DNA of 64,000 nt from Betaproteobacteria bacterium (GTDB taxonomy: Bacteria > Pseudomonadota > Gammaproteobacteria > Burkholderiales > Rhodocyclaceae). Below, piece by piece: positions 42,262 through 51,743 of this stretch; position 1 is the stretch's first letter, and each line of letters starts with the position of its first letter. Both the position numbers and the translations under genes were made by a program. Below the pieces are notes generated by a model. It was not told the DNA's origin. It searched no databases and worked only from the letters and a program-made list of their open reading frames with translations. The stretch lies in the NCBI GenBank assembly GCA_016868295.1, contig VGHJ01000009.1:901-64900 (forward strand), given 5' to 3'.

Positions 42262-42948
42262 ATGCGACTGCTGCTGGTCGAAGACAACCGCGACATCCTG
42301 GCCAACCTGGCCGACTATCTGGCACTGAAGGGCTATGAGACGGACTGCGCCCACGACGGCCTCACCGGCCTGCACTTGGCGGCGACCAACCCCTATGACC
42401 TGATCGTGCTCGACGTCATGCTGCCCGGTATGGACGGCTATACTCTGTGCCAGCGTTTGCGCGAGGGCGAGCGGCGCGACACGCCGGTGATCATGCTCAC
42501 CGCGCGCGACGCCCTCGACGACCGCCTGCAGGGCTTCGGCAGCGGCGCCGACGACTACGTAACCAAACCCTTCGCCCTGCCCGAGCTGGCCGCGCGCATC
42601 GAGGCGGTGCTCAAGCGCACGCGCGCCGGCGGCCGCCGCCTGCTCAGGGTGGGCGATCTCAGCTACGATCTCGACACCCTCGAAGTCACGCGCGCCGGCC
42701 AGCCCCTGAAGATCGGCCCGATCGGGCTCAAGCTGCTCGCCGTGCTCATGCAGAAGAGCCCCGCCGTGGCGACGCGCGAGACGCTCGAATCGGCGCTGTG
42801 GGGCGATGCCCCGCCCGACAGCGACAGCCTGCGCAGCCACATCCACACCCTGCGCCAGCAGATCGACAAGCCTTTCCCGAAACCGCTGCTGCACACCGTA
42901 CACGGCGTCGGTTTCCGTCTCGCCGAAACCGAAGATGCAGCGAAATGA
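42262..42948 (+). CDS. OmpR-family response regulator (ColR-like)
   Basis: LVEDN, LDVMLPGMDG, GADDYVTKPF, LRSHIHTLR, TVHGVGFRL. Confidence 0.92.
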   Translation: MRLLLVEDNRDILANLADYLALKGYETDCAHDGLTGLHLAATNPYDLIVLDVMLPGMDGYTLCQRLREGERRDTPVIMLTARDALDDRLQGFGSGADDYVTKPFALPELAARIEAVLKRTRAGGRRLLRVGDLSYDLDTLEVTRAGQPLKIGPIGLKLLAVLMQKSPAVATRETLESALWGDAPPDSDSLRSHIHTLRQQIDKPFPKPLLHTVHGVGFRLAETEDAAK

Positions 42949-42951
42949 CAT

Positions 42952-43012
42952 GGAGCCGCGCAGCGGTGAACCGTCGTCCCCCCCTTCCCCGGGAAGGGGG
43001 GCGGGGGAAAGG
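42952..43012. repeat. GC-rich palindromic repeat between response regulator and kinase
   Basis: ggagccgcgcagcggtgaacc (20/21 to 32148-32168) then ccccttccccgggaaggggggcggggg (shared with hrpA insert). Confidence 0.75.
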
Positions 43013-43018
43013 CCGCAC

Positions 43019-44284
43019 ATGACTGCAAGACGAAGTCTTGCAAAGCGCATCGTTGTCGCCTTCGTGCTGATGACGCTGGTGGTGGCCGGCGTCTTCTCGC
43101 TCACCGTGGTGATGTCGATCAGCTACACCGAGGAGAACTACGCATCCTCGACCATGAGCAAACAGCTCGACGACATCCTCACCGCCCTCGACAAGGGCCG
43201 GCCCTTCCATCTCGAGCAGGATGCCCAGCTCTATGTCAGGGGCCCCGACGGCCAGCCGCCCCTGCCGGCCTGGCTGCGCGACGTCAGGCCCGGTTTCCAG
43301 GAAATCGAGCGCGAGGGCGACGAGCAGCATGTCTACGCGCGCGAGGCGAACGGCACCCTGTATGTGCTGGTGCAGGACCAGGAGGAGTTCGAGCAGCGCG
43401 AGGACGTCCTTTATGTCGTCATCGCCGTCGCCTTCGTTCTCAGCATGCTGTCGGCGTGGGGGCTGGGCCTGCTCATGGCGCGCCGCGTCATCGCGCCGGT
43501 GATCCGTCTCTCCGAACAGGTGCAGCACCGCGAGCAGCAACTGACGGGGGCGCCGCCGCTGGCGGCGGATTATCCCGCCGACGAGGTCGGCCGCCTCGCC
43601 GCCGCCTTCGATGCCACGCTCGGCCGGCTGCGCCAGGCGCTCGAGCGCGAGCGCATTTTCACCAGCGACGTCAGCCACGAATTGCGCACACCGCTCATGG
43701 TCATCGCCAGTTCATGCGACCTGATGATGGCACAGGGGCTGGCCGATCCCAGACAACTGGCACAGGTGCTGCGCATCCAGGCCGCCTGCAACGAAATGCA
43801 GGAACTGGTGGAAACCTTCCTGCGCCTGGCGCGCGTATCCGACGGCGAGCGCGAAGAAGCGGAGGTCACGCTGGCCCAGGTCGCCGGCGAGCAGATCGAC
43901 CGCCTGCGCCCCGAAGCGGCCGACCGCGGCCTGGAGTTCGGCCTGATCAGCGAAGGCGAGGACGCCGGGCGCTACCCGGCACCATTGCTGCGCGCCGTAC
44001 TCTCCAACCTGCTGCGCAACGCCATCCACTACACCGACCGCGGCTACGTCCGCCTGGTGCTGCGGCCGGGCGGCTTCAGCGTCTGCGACTCCGGCGCCGG
44101 CATCCCCCCCGAGCAGCGCGAGAGCGTGTTCCAGCCCTTTGTGCGCGGCGACCGCAGTCGCGGCGACGGGCTCGGCCTGGGTCTATCGCTGGTGCAGCGC
44201 ATCTGCCGGCGCCAGGGCTGGCGCGTCCACCTCGGCGAGAACCACAGCGGCGGCTGCGAGTTCCGCGTCGAGCTTGCCGTTTAA
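43019..44284 (+). CDS. Sensor histidine kinase (ColS-like)
   Basis: 2 TM, HAMP, FTSDVSHELRTPL, NLLRNAIHYT, DSGAGI, GLGLGLSLV; alternative start 42950 would translate the repeat. Confidence 0.92.
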   Translation: MTARRSLAKRIVVAFVLMTLVVAGVFSLTVVMSISYTEENYASSTMSKQLDDILTALDKGRPFHLEQDAQLYVRGPDGQPPLPAWLRDVRPGFQEIEREGDEQHVYAREANGTLYVLVQDQEEFEQREDVLYVVIAVAFVLSMLSAWGLGLLMARRVIAPVIRLSEQVQHREQQLTGAPPLAADYPADEVGRLAAAFDATLGRLRQALERERIFTSDVSHELRTPLMVIASSCDLMMAQGLADPRQLAQVLRIQAACNEMQELVETFLRLARVSDGEREEAEVTLAQVAGEQIDRLRPEAADRGLEFGLISEGEDAGRYPAPLLRAVLSNLLRNAIHYTDRGYVRLVLRPGGFSVCDSGAGIPPEQRESVFQPFVRGDRSRGDGLGLGLSLVQRICRRQGWRVHLGENHSGGCEFRVELAV

Positions 44285-44296
44285 CGAATTTTTCAC
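44281..44296 (+). promoter_or_regulatory. ColR-box-like operator upstream of phosphoethanolamine transferases
   Basis: TTAACGAATTTTTCAC followed 6 bp later by TTGACA. Confidence 0.6.
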
Positions 44297-44373
44297 ACCG
44301 GATTGACACGCCCCTGACGACGGGGCCGCTAGAGTGGGCGATCGTTCGGCCATGCCGCTGACAACCCGCTCAC

Positions 44374-46107
44374 ATGAACACAGACTTCGCCGCAACCGCG
44401 TCCCCCCTGAGCCTGCCGCGCCCGCGCACCGGCCTCGACTGGGACGCCCTCGGCCGCGCCTACCTGTTCTTCTGGTACTTCTCGGGCGTCACCCACCTTC
44501 TGCTCGTCGCCAGCGGCGCGACGGGCTTCTCGCCGCTGCGCCACGGCCTACTCAACAGCCTGCTCTGGCTGGTGCCGCTGCTCGCCTTTCCCCGCCAGGG
44601 AGTGCGCCTCGCCGGCCTGATCGGTTTGGCGCTCTGGGCGTTCTCGCTCGTCAACCTCGGCTACTTCGCCATCTACCGCCAGGAATTCTCGCAAAGCGTC
44701 CTCTTCATCCTGTTCGACTCGAATCCCGCGGAGGCGAGCGAATACATCGGCAACTACTTCGCCTGGTGGATGGTGCCGGCCCTGCTGGCCTATTCGGCGG
44801 GCGCCTGGTGGCTGTGGCGCCGCCTGCGTCCGCTCACCATGCCGCGGCGGGCGGCGTGGTCGCTGGCGCTCGCCATCCTGGCGCTGATTGCCCTGCCGGG
44901 GACCTACCGGATCCTTTACAAGAACAAGGGGCTCGACGCCAACACCTTCTCGCGCGCGCTCGCCAACAGCCTCGAACCGGCGGTGCCCTGGCAATTCGCC
45001 GTCGGCTATTTCAAATACGAGCAGCAACTGACGAAGATGCACGACTTGCTCGAGCGGAACCGGCGCCTGCCGCCGGTCGCCAACCTGGCCGATGCCCATG
45101 CCGGCCAGCCGGCGACGCTGGTGCTGGCCATCGGCGAGTCGACCAGCCGTCTGCACATGAGCCTGTATGGCTACGGCCGCCAGACCTCGCCGCGGCTGGA
45201 AGCCATGCGCGACCGGCTCACCGTGTTCAACCGGGTGGTGGCCTCGCGGCCCTACACCATCGAGACGCTGCAGCAGGCGCTCACCTTCGCCGACCAGGAG
45301 CATCCGGATCTCTACCTCACCCGTCCCTCGCTGATGAACATCATGAAGCAGGCCGGCTACAAAACCTACTGGGTCACCAACCAGCAGACGCTGACCATGC
45401 GCAACACAATGCTGACCAATTTCTCGGAACAGGCCGACGAGCAGGTCTACCTGAACCACAGCCGCTCGCAGAACTCCTACCGTTACGACGGCAACGTGCT
45501 GGACCCCTTCTCGCGCATCCTGACGGACAAGGCCGAGCGCAAATTCATCGTGGTGCACCTGCTCGGCACGCACATGATCTACGAATACCGCTATCCGCCC
45601 GAATTCAACGTGTTCAAGGACAGGAGCGGACTGCCGGAGTGGGTCACCGACAGGCAGCTGCCGCTGATCAACCACTACGACAATGCCGTGCGCTACAACG
45701 ACCATGTCCTCGCCAGCCTGATCGAGCGCCTGGACAGCCTGGGCGGCAAGTCGATGCTGCTGTACTTTTCCGATCATGGGGAAGATGTCTTCGATTCCCC
45801 TGCGCACGATTTCATCGGCCGCAACGAGGCCCGCCCGACGCTGCCGATGTACGCCGTGCCGTTCCTGCTCTGGCGCTCCGCGGCCTGGCAGCAGGCCCGG
45901 GGACGCAATTTCGACAAACAGGTCGACCGCCCCTACCAGACATCGCACCTGATCCATACCTGGGCCGATCTGGCCGGGCTCTCCTTCGACGATTACGACC
46001 CGAGCAAGAGCGTCGTCAATGCCCGCTTCAGGGAGCGCCCCCTTCTGGTCGGCAACCCGGGCTCGCAGAAGGCCCTGGTCGACCTGAGCACGCTGCCCCC
46101 CCATTAG
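44374..46107 (+). CDS. Phosphoethanolamine transferase (CptA/EptC-like)
   Basis: 5 TM, VLAIGEST.R.HMSLYGY, HLLGTH, YDNAV, YFSDHGE. Confidence 0.88.
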   Translation: MNTDFAATASPLSLPRPRTGLDWDALGRAYLFFWYFSGVTHLLLVASGATGFSPLRHGLLNSLLWLVPLLAFPRQGVRLAGLIGLALWAFSLVNLGYFAIYRQEFSQSVLFILFDSNPAEASEYIGNYFAWWMVPALLAYSAGAWWLWRRLRPLTMPRRAAWSLALAILALIALPGTYRILYKNKGLDANTFSRALANSLEPAVPWQFAVGYFKYEQQLTKMHDLLERNRRLPPVANLADAHAGQPATLVLAIGESTSRLHMSLYGYGRQTSPRLEAMRDRLTVFNRVVASRPYTIETLQQALTFADQEHPDLYLTRPSLMNIMKQAGYKTYWVTNQQTLTMRNTMLTNFSEQADEQVYLNHSRSQNSYRYDGNVLDPFSRILTDKAERKFIVVHLLGTHMIYEYRYPPEFNVFKDRSGLPEWVTDRQLPLINHYDNAVRYNDHVLASLIERLDSLGGKSMLLYFSDHGEDVFDSPAHDFIGRNEARPTLPMYAVPFLLWRSAAWQQARGRNFDKQVDRPYQTSHLIHTWADLAGLSFDDYDPSKSVVNARFRERPLLVGNPGSQKALVDLSTLPPH

Positions 46108-46144
46108 CCCGTGAGTCATCCAGGCGCCCTTTCGCACCGACCAG

Positions 46145-47758
46145 ATGAGACGGCTTGCATTCAAAAGAGAACTCAGCGGCAACGCCCTGCTGCTGCTGAC
46201 TTGCCTCGTCCTGGTCGGCGGCGGCAATGCGAGTTTCATCGCGAACGTATTGCAGGCCTTCCCGCCCACGGCACGCAACCTGCCGGCCCTGCTGTCGCTC
46301 GCCGGCGCCTTCCTCGCGCTCAACGTCCTCCTGCTGGGGGGATTCGCACTGGGAAAGCTAACCAAGCCGGTCCTGATCACGGTGCTGCTGGCCGCCTCGA
46401 TCAGCGCCTATTTCATGGACAATTTCGGCACGGTCATCGGCGTGGATATGCTGCGAAACGTCGCCCAGACCCATGCGGGCGAGGCGCTCGACCTGGTCAC
46501 GCCCGGTCTGCTGGCCTATTTCTGCCTGCTCGGCGTCCTGCCCGCCGCCGTGATCGGGCGCATCCCACTGGCCTGGCGCGGATGGCGGCACGAACTGCTC
46601 AGCCGGGCCAAGCTGCTCGCGTTGTGCCTGCTTGGGACAACGATCTTGGTCGTCGCCTTCGGCAGCTTCTATGCCTCCTTCGTGCGCGTGCACAAGCCGC
46701 TGAGAAGCTATGCCAATCCCGCCTATTTCCTGCTGTCCGCCGTCAAGTTCCTCGGCAGCGGACGGCATGACCCCGACGGCCCCTTGGCGGTCGTTGCCGC
46801 AGACGCGCATATCTCCAAGGACGACAAACACCGGGAACTGATCATTCTCGTCATCGGCGAAACGGCAAGGGCCGACCGCTTCTCGATCAACGGCTACGCG
46901 CGCGACACCACGCCGCGTCTGAGGGAAGCCCAGGCCATCAGCCTGCCCGATTTCCGCTCCTGCGGCACCTCGACGGCCGTCTCCGTGCCGTGCATGTTCT
47001 CGCCGCAGGGCATGGCCCGCTTCGACCCGCGCAAGGCCCGGCACGAGGAGAATCTCCTCGACATCGTGCAGCGCGCCGGGGTGAACGTACTTTGGCTGGA
47101 CAACAATTCCGACTCGAAGGGCATCGCCTTGCGCGTTCCCTACCTGGACTACAAGTCCCCCGAGATCAACACCGTGTGCGACCAGGAATGCCGCGACGAG
47201 GGCATGCTGGTGCCGCTGCAGGATTACATCGACAGCCACCCCTCGGGGGACATCCTCGTTGTCCTGCACCAGATGGGCAACCACGGGCCGGCCTACTACA
47301 AGCGCTATCCGCCGGAGTTCGAGAAGTTCCGGCCGGCCTGCCGGAGCAAGGATCTGAGCCGGTGCAGCCAGGAGGAGATCGGCAACGCCTACGACAATGC
47401 CATCCTCTACACCGATCATTTCCTGGGCAAGGCGATCGAGCTGCTGAAACGGAATGACGCGAAGTTCGAAACCGCGCTGTTCTACTTGAGCGACCACGGC
47501 GAATCCCTCGGCGAGGGCGGCGTCTATCTGCATGGCCTGCCCCGCCCCATCGCCCCGGAGAGCCAGCTGCACGTGCCGGCCATTCTCTGGTTCGGCAGCG
47601 GTTTCGACGAACTCGACCGGCCGGCGCTGGAGCGCAAGCGCCATCGGCGCTACACCCACGACCACCTCTTCCACACCCTCCTCGGCTTTTTCGAGATCAA
47701 AACCGCTTTCTACAAGCCGGAGCTGGATATCCTTGACGGGTGCCGGAAGGACGAATGA
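46145..47758 (+). CDS. eptA: Lipid A phosphoethanolamine transferase
   Basis: VIGETARAD.FS.NGY, CGTSTAVSVPCMFS, HQMGNHGPAY, YDNAILYTD, SDHGESLGE. Confidence 0.9.
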   Translation: MRRLAFKRELSGNALLLLTCLVLVGGGNASFIANVLQAFPPTARNLPALLSLAGAFLALNVLLLGGFALGKLTKPVLITVLLAASISAYFMDNFGTVIGVDMLRNVAQTHAGEALDLVTPGLLAYFCLLGVLPAAVIGRIPLAWRGWRHELLSRAKLLALCLLGTTILVVAFGSFYASFVRVHKPLRSYANPAYFLLSAVKFLGSGRHDPDGPLAVVAADAHISKDDKHRELIILVIGETARADRFSINGYARDTTPRLREAQAISLPDFRSCGTSTAVSVPCMFSPQGMARFDPRKARHEENLLDIVQRAGVNVLWLDNNSDSKGIALRVPYLDYKSPEINTVCDQECRDEGMLVPLQDYIDSHPSGDILVVLHQMGNHGPAYYKRYPPEFEKFRPACRSKDLSRCSQEEIGNAYDNAILYTDHFLGKAIELLKRNDAKFETALFYLSDHGESLGEGGVYLHGLPRPIAPESQLHVPAILWFGSGFDELDRPALERKRHRRYTHDHLFHTLLGFFEIKTAFYKPELDILDGCRKDE

Positions 47759-47779
47759 AACGGCCCCCGCGCCGGACGG

Positions 47780-48118
47780 TTGTGGCATAGTTTCCCGGTC
47801 GGCCGTCCCGGCCGCTCAAGGCAACACGACCGCTTCCGCCGCGCCGCCGTCCTGCTGGCAACGGCATTCTTCCTCGCCGCCTGCGGCTCTAAGGTCTCGG
47901 CCGAGAATTTCGAACGCATCCGGAACGGCATGACCCAGAAGGAGGTCGTCGCCATCCTCGGCGAGCCGGCCGAGACCAGTTCCGTCAGCATCGGCGGCCT
48001 GTCCGGCGGCATGGCCACCTGGCGCGACGGCAACACCGAGATTTCCGTGCAGTTCGTGAACGACAAGGTGCAGGCCAAGCAGTTGAGCCGCGGGCTTCCC
48101 GCGACGCAGGGGAAGTAG
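47780..48118 (+). CDS. Small lipoprotein (SmpA/DUF3862-like)
   Basis: Lipobox LAAC; I.NGMT.KEV..ILGEP; true start may be downstream. Confidence 0.65.
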   Translation: MWHSFPVGRPGRSRQHDRFRRAAVLLATAFFLAACGSKVSAENFERIRNGMTQKEVVAILGEPAETSSVSIGGLSGGMATWRDGNTEISVQFVNDKVQAKQLSRGLPATQGK

Positions 48119-48133
48119 GCGCGCCGGATCCCT

Positions 48134-50911
48134 TTACTGCCCTTCCAGCAGCTTCGCCTGCGCCGCCGCCAGCCGCGCGATGGGCACGCGCGGACCCGAG
48201 CACGACACGTAGTTCAACCCGATCTGGTGGCAGAAGCGGATCGAGGCAGGGTGTCCGCCGTGCTCGCCGCAGATGCCGACCTTGAGGTCCGGGTTGGTCT
48301 TGCGGCCATCGGCCACCGCCAGCTTCATCAACTCGCCGACGCCCTTCTGGTCGAGCACCTCGAAGGGGTTGTCGATGAGGATGCCGGTCTCGATGTAGCC
48401 CGGCAGGAACTTGTTCTCGGCGTCCTCGCGGCTGAACGAGAAGGTGGCCTGCGTCAGGTCGTTGGTGCCGAAGCTGAAGAACTGCGCCATCTCGGCCATG
48501 CGGCCGGCGCGCAGGCAGGCGCGCACCACCTCGAGCATGCTGCCGAACTTGACCCCGACGTTGATGCCGTGGGTGAGTTCGACGACCTTGTGCAGGTCCT
48601 GCACGTACTTGTGGATGCGCTTGAGTTCCTCGACGGTCGCCACCTGCGGCACCATGATCTCCGGATGCACCTCGATGCCCTCCTTGGCGCATAGCGCCGC
48701 CGCCTCGAGGATGGCCTGGATCTGCATCTTGTAGATTTCCGGATAGGTGATGCCGAGGCGCACGCCGCGGTGGCCGAGCATCGGGTTCACCTCGGAGAGC
48801 GCGCGCACCTTCTTCAGCGTCTTCTCCTTCTTCAGGATGATGTCGTCCTCGAGGTGGCTGTCCTTGAAGTCCTCCATGCTGCCGGAGAGCTTGCTGAGCC
48901 CGTCGGCGTACTGCTGGTAGAGCCGCGGGTTGAGGAGCTTGAGGGTCTCGGGCAGTTCCTCCAGCGCCTTGATCGAGTCGCGCAGGTGGTGCAGGTGGGC
49001 AATTTCCAGCTCGAGCTGCGCCGCCGTGGGCAGGAACTCGTGCAGCGGCGGGTCCATCAGGCGCACGGTGACCGGCAGGCCGCGCATGGCCTTGAAGATG
49101 CCCTTGAAGTCGGCGCGCTGGATCGGCAGCAGCCGGTCGATGGCGGCCTGGCGCTCCTCGGCGCTCTCGGCGAGGATCATCTCCTGCACGATGGGCAGGC
49201 GGTCGGTGGCATTGAACATGCGCTCGGTGCGGCAGAGGCCGATGCCCATGGCGCCGAACTCCCTCGCCCGCGTCGCGTCGTCCGGCGTGTCGGCGTTGGC
49301 CATCACCTGGAGGCGCGCCACCTCGTCGGCCCATTTGAGCAGGGTCTGCATGTCCTCGCTGAATTCGGCCTGCACGGTCGGCACCTCGCCGGCATAGACG
49401 TTGCCGTTGCTGCCGTTGATGGTGACGACATCACCCTCGTGCAGCGTGGTGTCGCCGATGACGGCGCAGCGCTTGATGTCGTCGATGTGGATGGCCTCGC
49501 AGCCGGAAACGCAGGGCTTGCCCATGCCGCGCGCCACCACCGCGGCGTGCGAGGTCTTGCCGCCGCGCGAGGTGAGGATGCCCTGGGCCTGGAAGAAGCC
49601 GTGGATGTCCTCCGGCTTGGTCTCCTCGCGCACGAGGATGATGCGCTCGCCCGCCTTGCCGCGCGCCTCCGCCGTGTCGGCGTCGAAGACGATCCGGCCG
49701 GAGGCGGCGCCGGGCGAGGCCGGCAGGCCGGTGGCGAGCGGCTTGCCCTTGAAGCCGGGCGAGAGCTGCGGCACGAGCAACTGCTCGAGGATGCCCGGGT
49801 CGATCCGCGTCAGGGCGCGCTCGCGGCCGATCAGGCCTTCCTTGAACATCTCGACCGAGGTGCGCACCATGGCCTGGGCGTTCATCTTGCCGTTGCGCGT
49901 CTGCAGGCAGTAGAGCGTGCCGCGCTCAATGGTGAATTCGAAGTCCTGCACCTCCTTGTAGTGCGACTCGAGCCGGTTGTGCAGTTCGAGCAGCTGCCGG
50001 TAGATCGGCGGCATGTCGCGCTCCATCTCGGCGATCGGCTTCGGCGTGCGGATGCCGGCAACGACATCCTCGCCCTGGGCGTTGACCAGGTATTCGCCGT
50101 AGATGAGGTTCTCGCCCGTGCCCGGGTTGCGCGTGAAGCCGACGCCGGTGCCGGAGTCGTTGCCCATGTTGCCGAACACCATGGTGCACACGTTCACCGC
50201 CGTGCCGTTGGCCATCTCCCGGGTGATCTTGAACTGCCGGCGGTAGTCGACGGCGCGCTTGCCGTTCCAGGAATTGAACACCGCGCCGACGGCGATCTCG
50301 AGCTGCTGGTAGGGATCCTCGGGGAAGGGCTTGCCGGTCTTGGTCTCGACGATCTTGGCGAACTGCTCGGCCAGTTCGGCCAGATGCTCGGCCTTGAGGT
50401 CCACGTCCTGCGCGGCGCCGACCTTGCGCTTCATGGCGTGCATGGCCTCGTCGAAATGCCGGTCGTCGATATTGAGCGCGATCTTGCCGAAGAGCTGGAT
50501 GAAGCGGCGCCAGGCGTCGTAGCCGAAGCGCGGGTTGTTGGTGAGCTTGATCAGGCCCTGCAGGGTGGCCTTGTTGAGGCCGAGGTTGAGGACGGTGTCC
50601 ATCATGCCCGGCATGGACATGGCCGAGCCGGAGCGCACCGACACCAGCAGCGGATTGTCCGCGGCTCCGAAGCCCTTGCCGGTCTTCTTCTCCAGCGCCT
50701 TCATGTGCGCGCGGATGTCGTCCATCAGGCCCTCGGGCAGCTGGTTGCGCTCGAGGTAGGCAAGGCAGGCCTCGGTGGAGATGGTGAAGCCGGGCGGCAC
50801 GTTGAGGCCGATCTGCGTCATCTCGCACAGATTGGCGCCCTTGCCGCCGAGCAGCATCTTGTTCTTGCCGTCGCCTTCCTCGAAGGCGTAAATCAATTTG
50901 CGGGCGTTCAT
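48134..50911 (-). CDS. ppdK: Pyruvate, phosphate dikinase
   Basis: LGGKGANL, SVRSGSAMSMPGMMDT, GGKTSHAAVV (phospho-His), GLCRTE, NPMLGHRG.R, SFGTNDLTQ. Confidence 0.97.
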   Translation of the reverse strand: MNARKLIYAFEEGDGKNKMLLGGKGANLCEMTQIGLNVPPGFTISTEACLAYLERNQLPEGLMDDIRAHMKALEKKTGKGFGAADNPLLVSVRSGSAMSMPGMMDTVLNLGLNKATLQGLIKLTNNPRFGYDAWRRFIQLFGKIALNIDDRHFDEAMHAMKRKVGAAQDVDLKAEHLAELAEQFAKIVETKTGKPFPEDPYQQLEIAVGAVFNSWNGKRAVDYRRQFKITREMANGTAVNVCTMVFGNMGNDSGTGVGFTRNPGTGENLIYGEYLVNAQGEDVVAGIRTPKPIAEMERDMPPIYRQLLELHNRLESHYKEVQDFEFTIERGTLYCLQTRNGKMNAQAMVRTSVEMFKEGLIGRERALTRIDPGILEQLLVPQLSPGFKGKPLATGLPASPGAASGRIVFDADTAEARGKAGERIILVREETKPEDIHGFFQAQGILTSRGGKTSHAAVVARGMGKPCVSGCEAIHIDDIKRCAVIGDTTLHEGDVVTINGSNGNVYAGEVPTVQAEFSEDMQTLLKWADEVARLQVMANADTPDDATRAREFGAMGIGLCRTERMFNATDRLPIVQEMILAESAEERQAAIDRLLPIQRADFKGIFKAMRGLPVTVRLMDPPLHEFLPTAAQLELEIAHLHHLRDSIKALEELPETLKLLNPRLYQQYADGLSKLSGSMEDFKDSHLEDDIILKKEKTLKKVRALSEVNPMLGHRGVRLGITYPEIYKMQIQAILEAAALCAKEGIEVHPEIMVPQVATVEELKRIHKYVQDLHKVVELTHGINVGVKFGSMLEVVRACLRAGRMAEMAQFFSFGTNDLTQATFSFSREDAENKFLPGYIETGILIDNPFEVLDQKGVGELMKLAVADGRKTNPDLKVGICGEHGGHPASIRFCHQIGLNYVSCSGPRVPIARLAAAQAKLLEGQ

Positions 50912-51073
50912 GTTGACCAGGCCTCGGTTGGAAAAAAGGTTGAGTGTGCCATGTGCGACCGCGGAAAACCATGCGCGGCACAGTGGCAATGCCTCAAAGG
51001 GCGAGCAAATTTTTTCAGGCAATCATAAGCTAAACTTGTCGTTTCCATAAGCAAACCTCCCAGGAGACCAGAC

Positions 51074-51682
51074 ATGAAGCTGTATTACAGCCCCGGCGCC
51101 TGTTCCCTTTCCCCGCACATCGCCCTGCGCGAGGCCGGCCTGCCTTTCGAACTGGTGAAGAAGGACCTGACCTCCAAGACCCTGGCCGACGGCAGCGACT
51201 TCCGCGCCATCAACCCCAAGGGCTACGTGCCGGCGCTGGCGCTCGACGACGGCCAGGTCCTCACCGAGGGGCCGGCCATCGTCCAGTACATCGCCGACCG
51301 CGCGCCGGAAAAGGGACTGGCGCCGCCCGCCGGCACGATGGAGCGCGTGCGCCTGCAGGAATGGCTGAACTACATCACCTCGGAACTGCACAAGACCTTC
51401 AGCCCGCTGTTCAACAAGCAGGCCTCGGAGGACTGGAAGGACGCGGCGCGCAAGCTGCTCGACCGCCGCATCGACTACGTGGCGAAGGCGCTCGAAGGCC
51501 GCAATTACCTCATGGGCGAGACGTTCAGCGTGGCCGACTGCTATCTGTTCACCGTGCTCAACTGGGCGCACTGGGTGAAGATCGACCTCTCCCGCTGGCC
51601 GGGCGTCACCGAATACCAGAAGCGCATCGCCGCGCGCCCGGCCGTGCAGGAGGCGCTCAAGGCCGAGGGGCTGAAAGGCTGA
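51074..51682 (+). CDS. gstA: Glutathione S-transferase (beta class)
   Basis: LYYSPGACSLSPHIALRE, NPKGYVPAL, EGPAI.QY. Confidence 0.92.
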   Translation: MKLYYSPGACSLSPHIALREAGLPFELVKKDLTSKTLADGSDFRAINPKGYVPALALDDGQVLTEGPAIVQYIADRAPEKGLAPPAGTMERVRLQEWLNYITSELHKTFSPLFNKQASEDWKDAARKLLDRRIDYVAKALEGRNYLMGETFSVADCYLFTVLNWAHWVKIDLSRWPGVTEYQKRIAARPAVQEALKAEGLKG

Positions 51683-51743
51683 CCGCCCGGATCCGATGGG
51701 CGGCCGACAGTCGGCCCCCGTTAGCGACTATCATGGTCCGACC

